Assembly: GCA_034780895.1 (NCBI GenBank)
Contig: JAUZTB010000027.1
Coordinates: 11,437,178-11,501,177 of the forward strand
DNA from: Rhynchobatus australiae
Lineage: Eukaryota
Length of the DNA stretch: 64,000 nt
Direction: 5' to 3'
Shown here: positions 61,943 to 64,000 of the stretch, in pieces
Layout: each line of letters opens with the position of its first letter
Numbering within the stretch: position 1 is the stretch's first letter
Notes under the pieces: model-generated
Databases searched by the model: none
The model's input: the letters and a program-made list of their open reading frames with translations, nothing else
Told to the model about the DNA's origin: nothing
Position numbers and translations under genes: made by a program

Positions 61943-63265
61943 CCCAAACAGAAAATGAGGTGCTGTTCTTCCAGTTTGTGCCTGGACTTCTCCTGGCAGT
62001 GGAGGAGGCAGAGGACTGACATCTCTGTGATGGAATGGGAGGGAGAATTGAAGTGACTGGCAACAAGAAGATGCAGATCGCAGTTACGGTTGGAGCACAG
62101 GTGTTCTGCGAAATGGTCACCTCGTCTGCATTTGGTCTCGCCAATGTAGAGGAGGCCATACTTGGAGCACTGAATGCAGTAGATGGTATTAAGGGAGGTG
62201 CAGGTGAACCTCTGTCTCACCTGAAAGGACAGTTTGGATCCCTGAAAGGAAGTGATGTAGGGGCAGGTGTTGGATTGCAAGTGAATTGGAGAGCAGAGTG
62301 AAAATTATAAAACTGTTCAAGTTCCGTACAGATGCAAGAGGCGGCACCAATGCAGTCATCGATACAGCAGGGAAAGAGTTGAGGAAAGGGGCCAGAGTAG
62401 GCATGGACAGAGATTGTTCAACGTAGCCATTGAAAAGGCAGGCATAGCTGGGGCCAATGTGAGTGCCCATGGCTACACCCTTGGTTTGTAGAAAGTGAGA
62501 GGAATCAAAAGTGGTTTAGGGAGAGGACAAGTTCAGCCAGGAAGAGGAGAGAAGGGGACTGGTTCTGCCTCTGGCCAAGAAAGCAGAAGGTAGTGAGGCC
62601 ATCATGATGGGGAACAGAGGTATATAGGGACTGGACATCATCATGAAGATGAGGTTGTGCATGCCGGAGAACTTAAAGCTACAGAAAAGTTGGAGAACGT
62701 GTGTAGGTGGGAAGGGGTTGGACGGGGCGGGGGGTGGGGGGGCGATGATCTCCCAACTTGATGAGGGCAGTAATGGTGCGGGAGATTATGTCCTGATGGT
62801 CCTTGGTGGGGTCATGGTTCAGGGTAGGTAGGAGGAAATGTCCAAGAGTTGGCATCTGGCTTCTGCAAGGTGGAGGTCAGCAAACCAGACTACCACAGCA
62901 TACCTTTGTCGGCTGGGGTGATGACAATGTCAGGGTTGGTATGGAGGGAGTAGAGAGCAGAATGTTCAGAAGGGGTGAGGTTGGAGTGGGTAAAGGGAGC
63001 AGAAAGTCAAGGCAGCTGATGTTGCACCAACAATTGGCTATGAATAGGTCCAGGGAAGGTAACAGGCCCAGTGGGGGAGTCCAGGTGGAAGAAGAGGACT
63101 GGAGGCAGGAAAATTGGTCATCAGAAGGGGGAAGAGGACTTCTTACCGAAGAAGGCATGGAGGCGGCAGAGAAAGAACTCAGCATCGTGCCAGGCTCGGA
63201 ATTCATTGAGATGGAGGCGTAGAGGTATGAAGGTGAGGCTGAGACATTTCATATTACCTTACAGG
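61943..63265 (-). mobile_element. Penelope-like element (RT + GIY-YIG endonuclease), decayed and internally deleted
   Basis: HLNEFRAWHDAE; DVQSLYTSVPH; MGTHIGPSYACLF; IDDC; YCIQCSKYGLLYIGETK..DHFAEHL..VASHFN..EEQHLIFCLG. Confidence 0.95.
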
Positions 63266-64000
63266 ACTAATTTGAGAGGCTGTATATGGGACACACAGAG
63301 TTAAAAGCATGGAGAGAAAACAGTTCTATGATAGGCAACTTCCCTCTCCATAAACACCCCTGACATAATTTAAGTGTCAGAAACACCTGTGTCATATTCT
63401 TGGTAATTTTCCACCATAATCACGTTGCCATCTCTCATCACTTAGTCTGTTAGAAGTCACTAAAAATTCCTTGCATTAAAATTTCACCAGCACATTAAGT
63501 ACACTTGAGTTTCCCTTCAGAATTTATGAATTAAAAGATACTTCTTAACTAGCTTGTAAACTCCCTTGGTAATTTTGAGAGATGAACTGTTGGGTGAAAT
63601 TACTTTGCAGAAAAATGATAAAAATTGATAAATAAACAATAAATAATTGGTTAATTCTGAATTTAAGTGTTCTCACGCAGATCACAATATGCAGGGCCTC
63701 TGCACTAGTGCCTACAGTGTATAAATTTGAGTGGCTGCAAATGCTGGCTTCTTTTAAGTGTTTCCTCTCACTGATATGCAAAGCATTCCCAACAGATTAC
63801 ATTAAATAGAGAACATAAAGGCTGAAAGAGTGACTGCTTATCTTACTACGTGCTATTTTCATCAAGTTAATTGTGCACAGAAGTCATTTTGTCTTTTTTC
63901 CAGAGAGCACAAACCTGCATGTCAAATTAAGCCACTCACTATTCAGACACCTGAATGTCAATTTCTTTGGCTTTTTATCTTAGAGTTCTGTTTTAAAAAA

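Overview
AT-rich, CpG-depleted vertebrate non-coding DNA with many 10-N, 100-N and longer gaps. The repeat families (HE1/V-SINE, SacSINE1-like Deu-SINE, HER1/CR1, Rex1, RTE, L2, Penelope) point to a cartilaginous fish, probably a ray; this is inferred from recalled repeat consensus sequences. No intact protein-coding gene is recognisable: recognisable ORFs are decayed retrotransposon pieces, and the rest are gap artefacts or look like chance ORFs. The window looks like a large intron or gene desert, with only weak candidate exons, mostly on the minus strand. Notable features: (i) a Penelope element plus many short derivatives with inverted ends and minimal hammerhead-ribozyme cores, one with a perfect 14-bp target-site duplication; (ii) an 85-nt near-perfect hairpin of pre-miRNA size; (iii) three unrelated LTRs within 8 kb, one possibly hiding a provirus in a gap; (iv) an RTE copy with twin-priming-type 5' inversion; (v) templated-insertion repair scars; (vi) repeat-free blocks rich in homeobox motifs. 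Repeat boundaries were placed by eye and are approximate unless a TSD is given.
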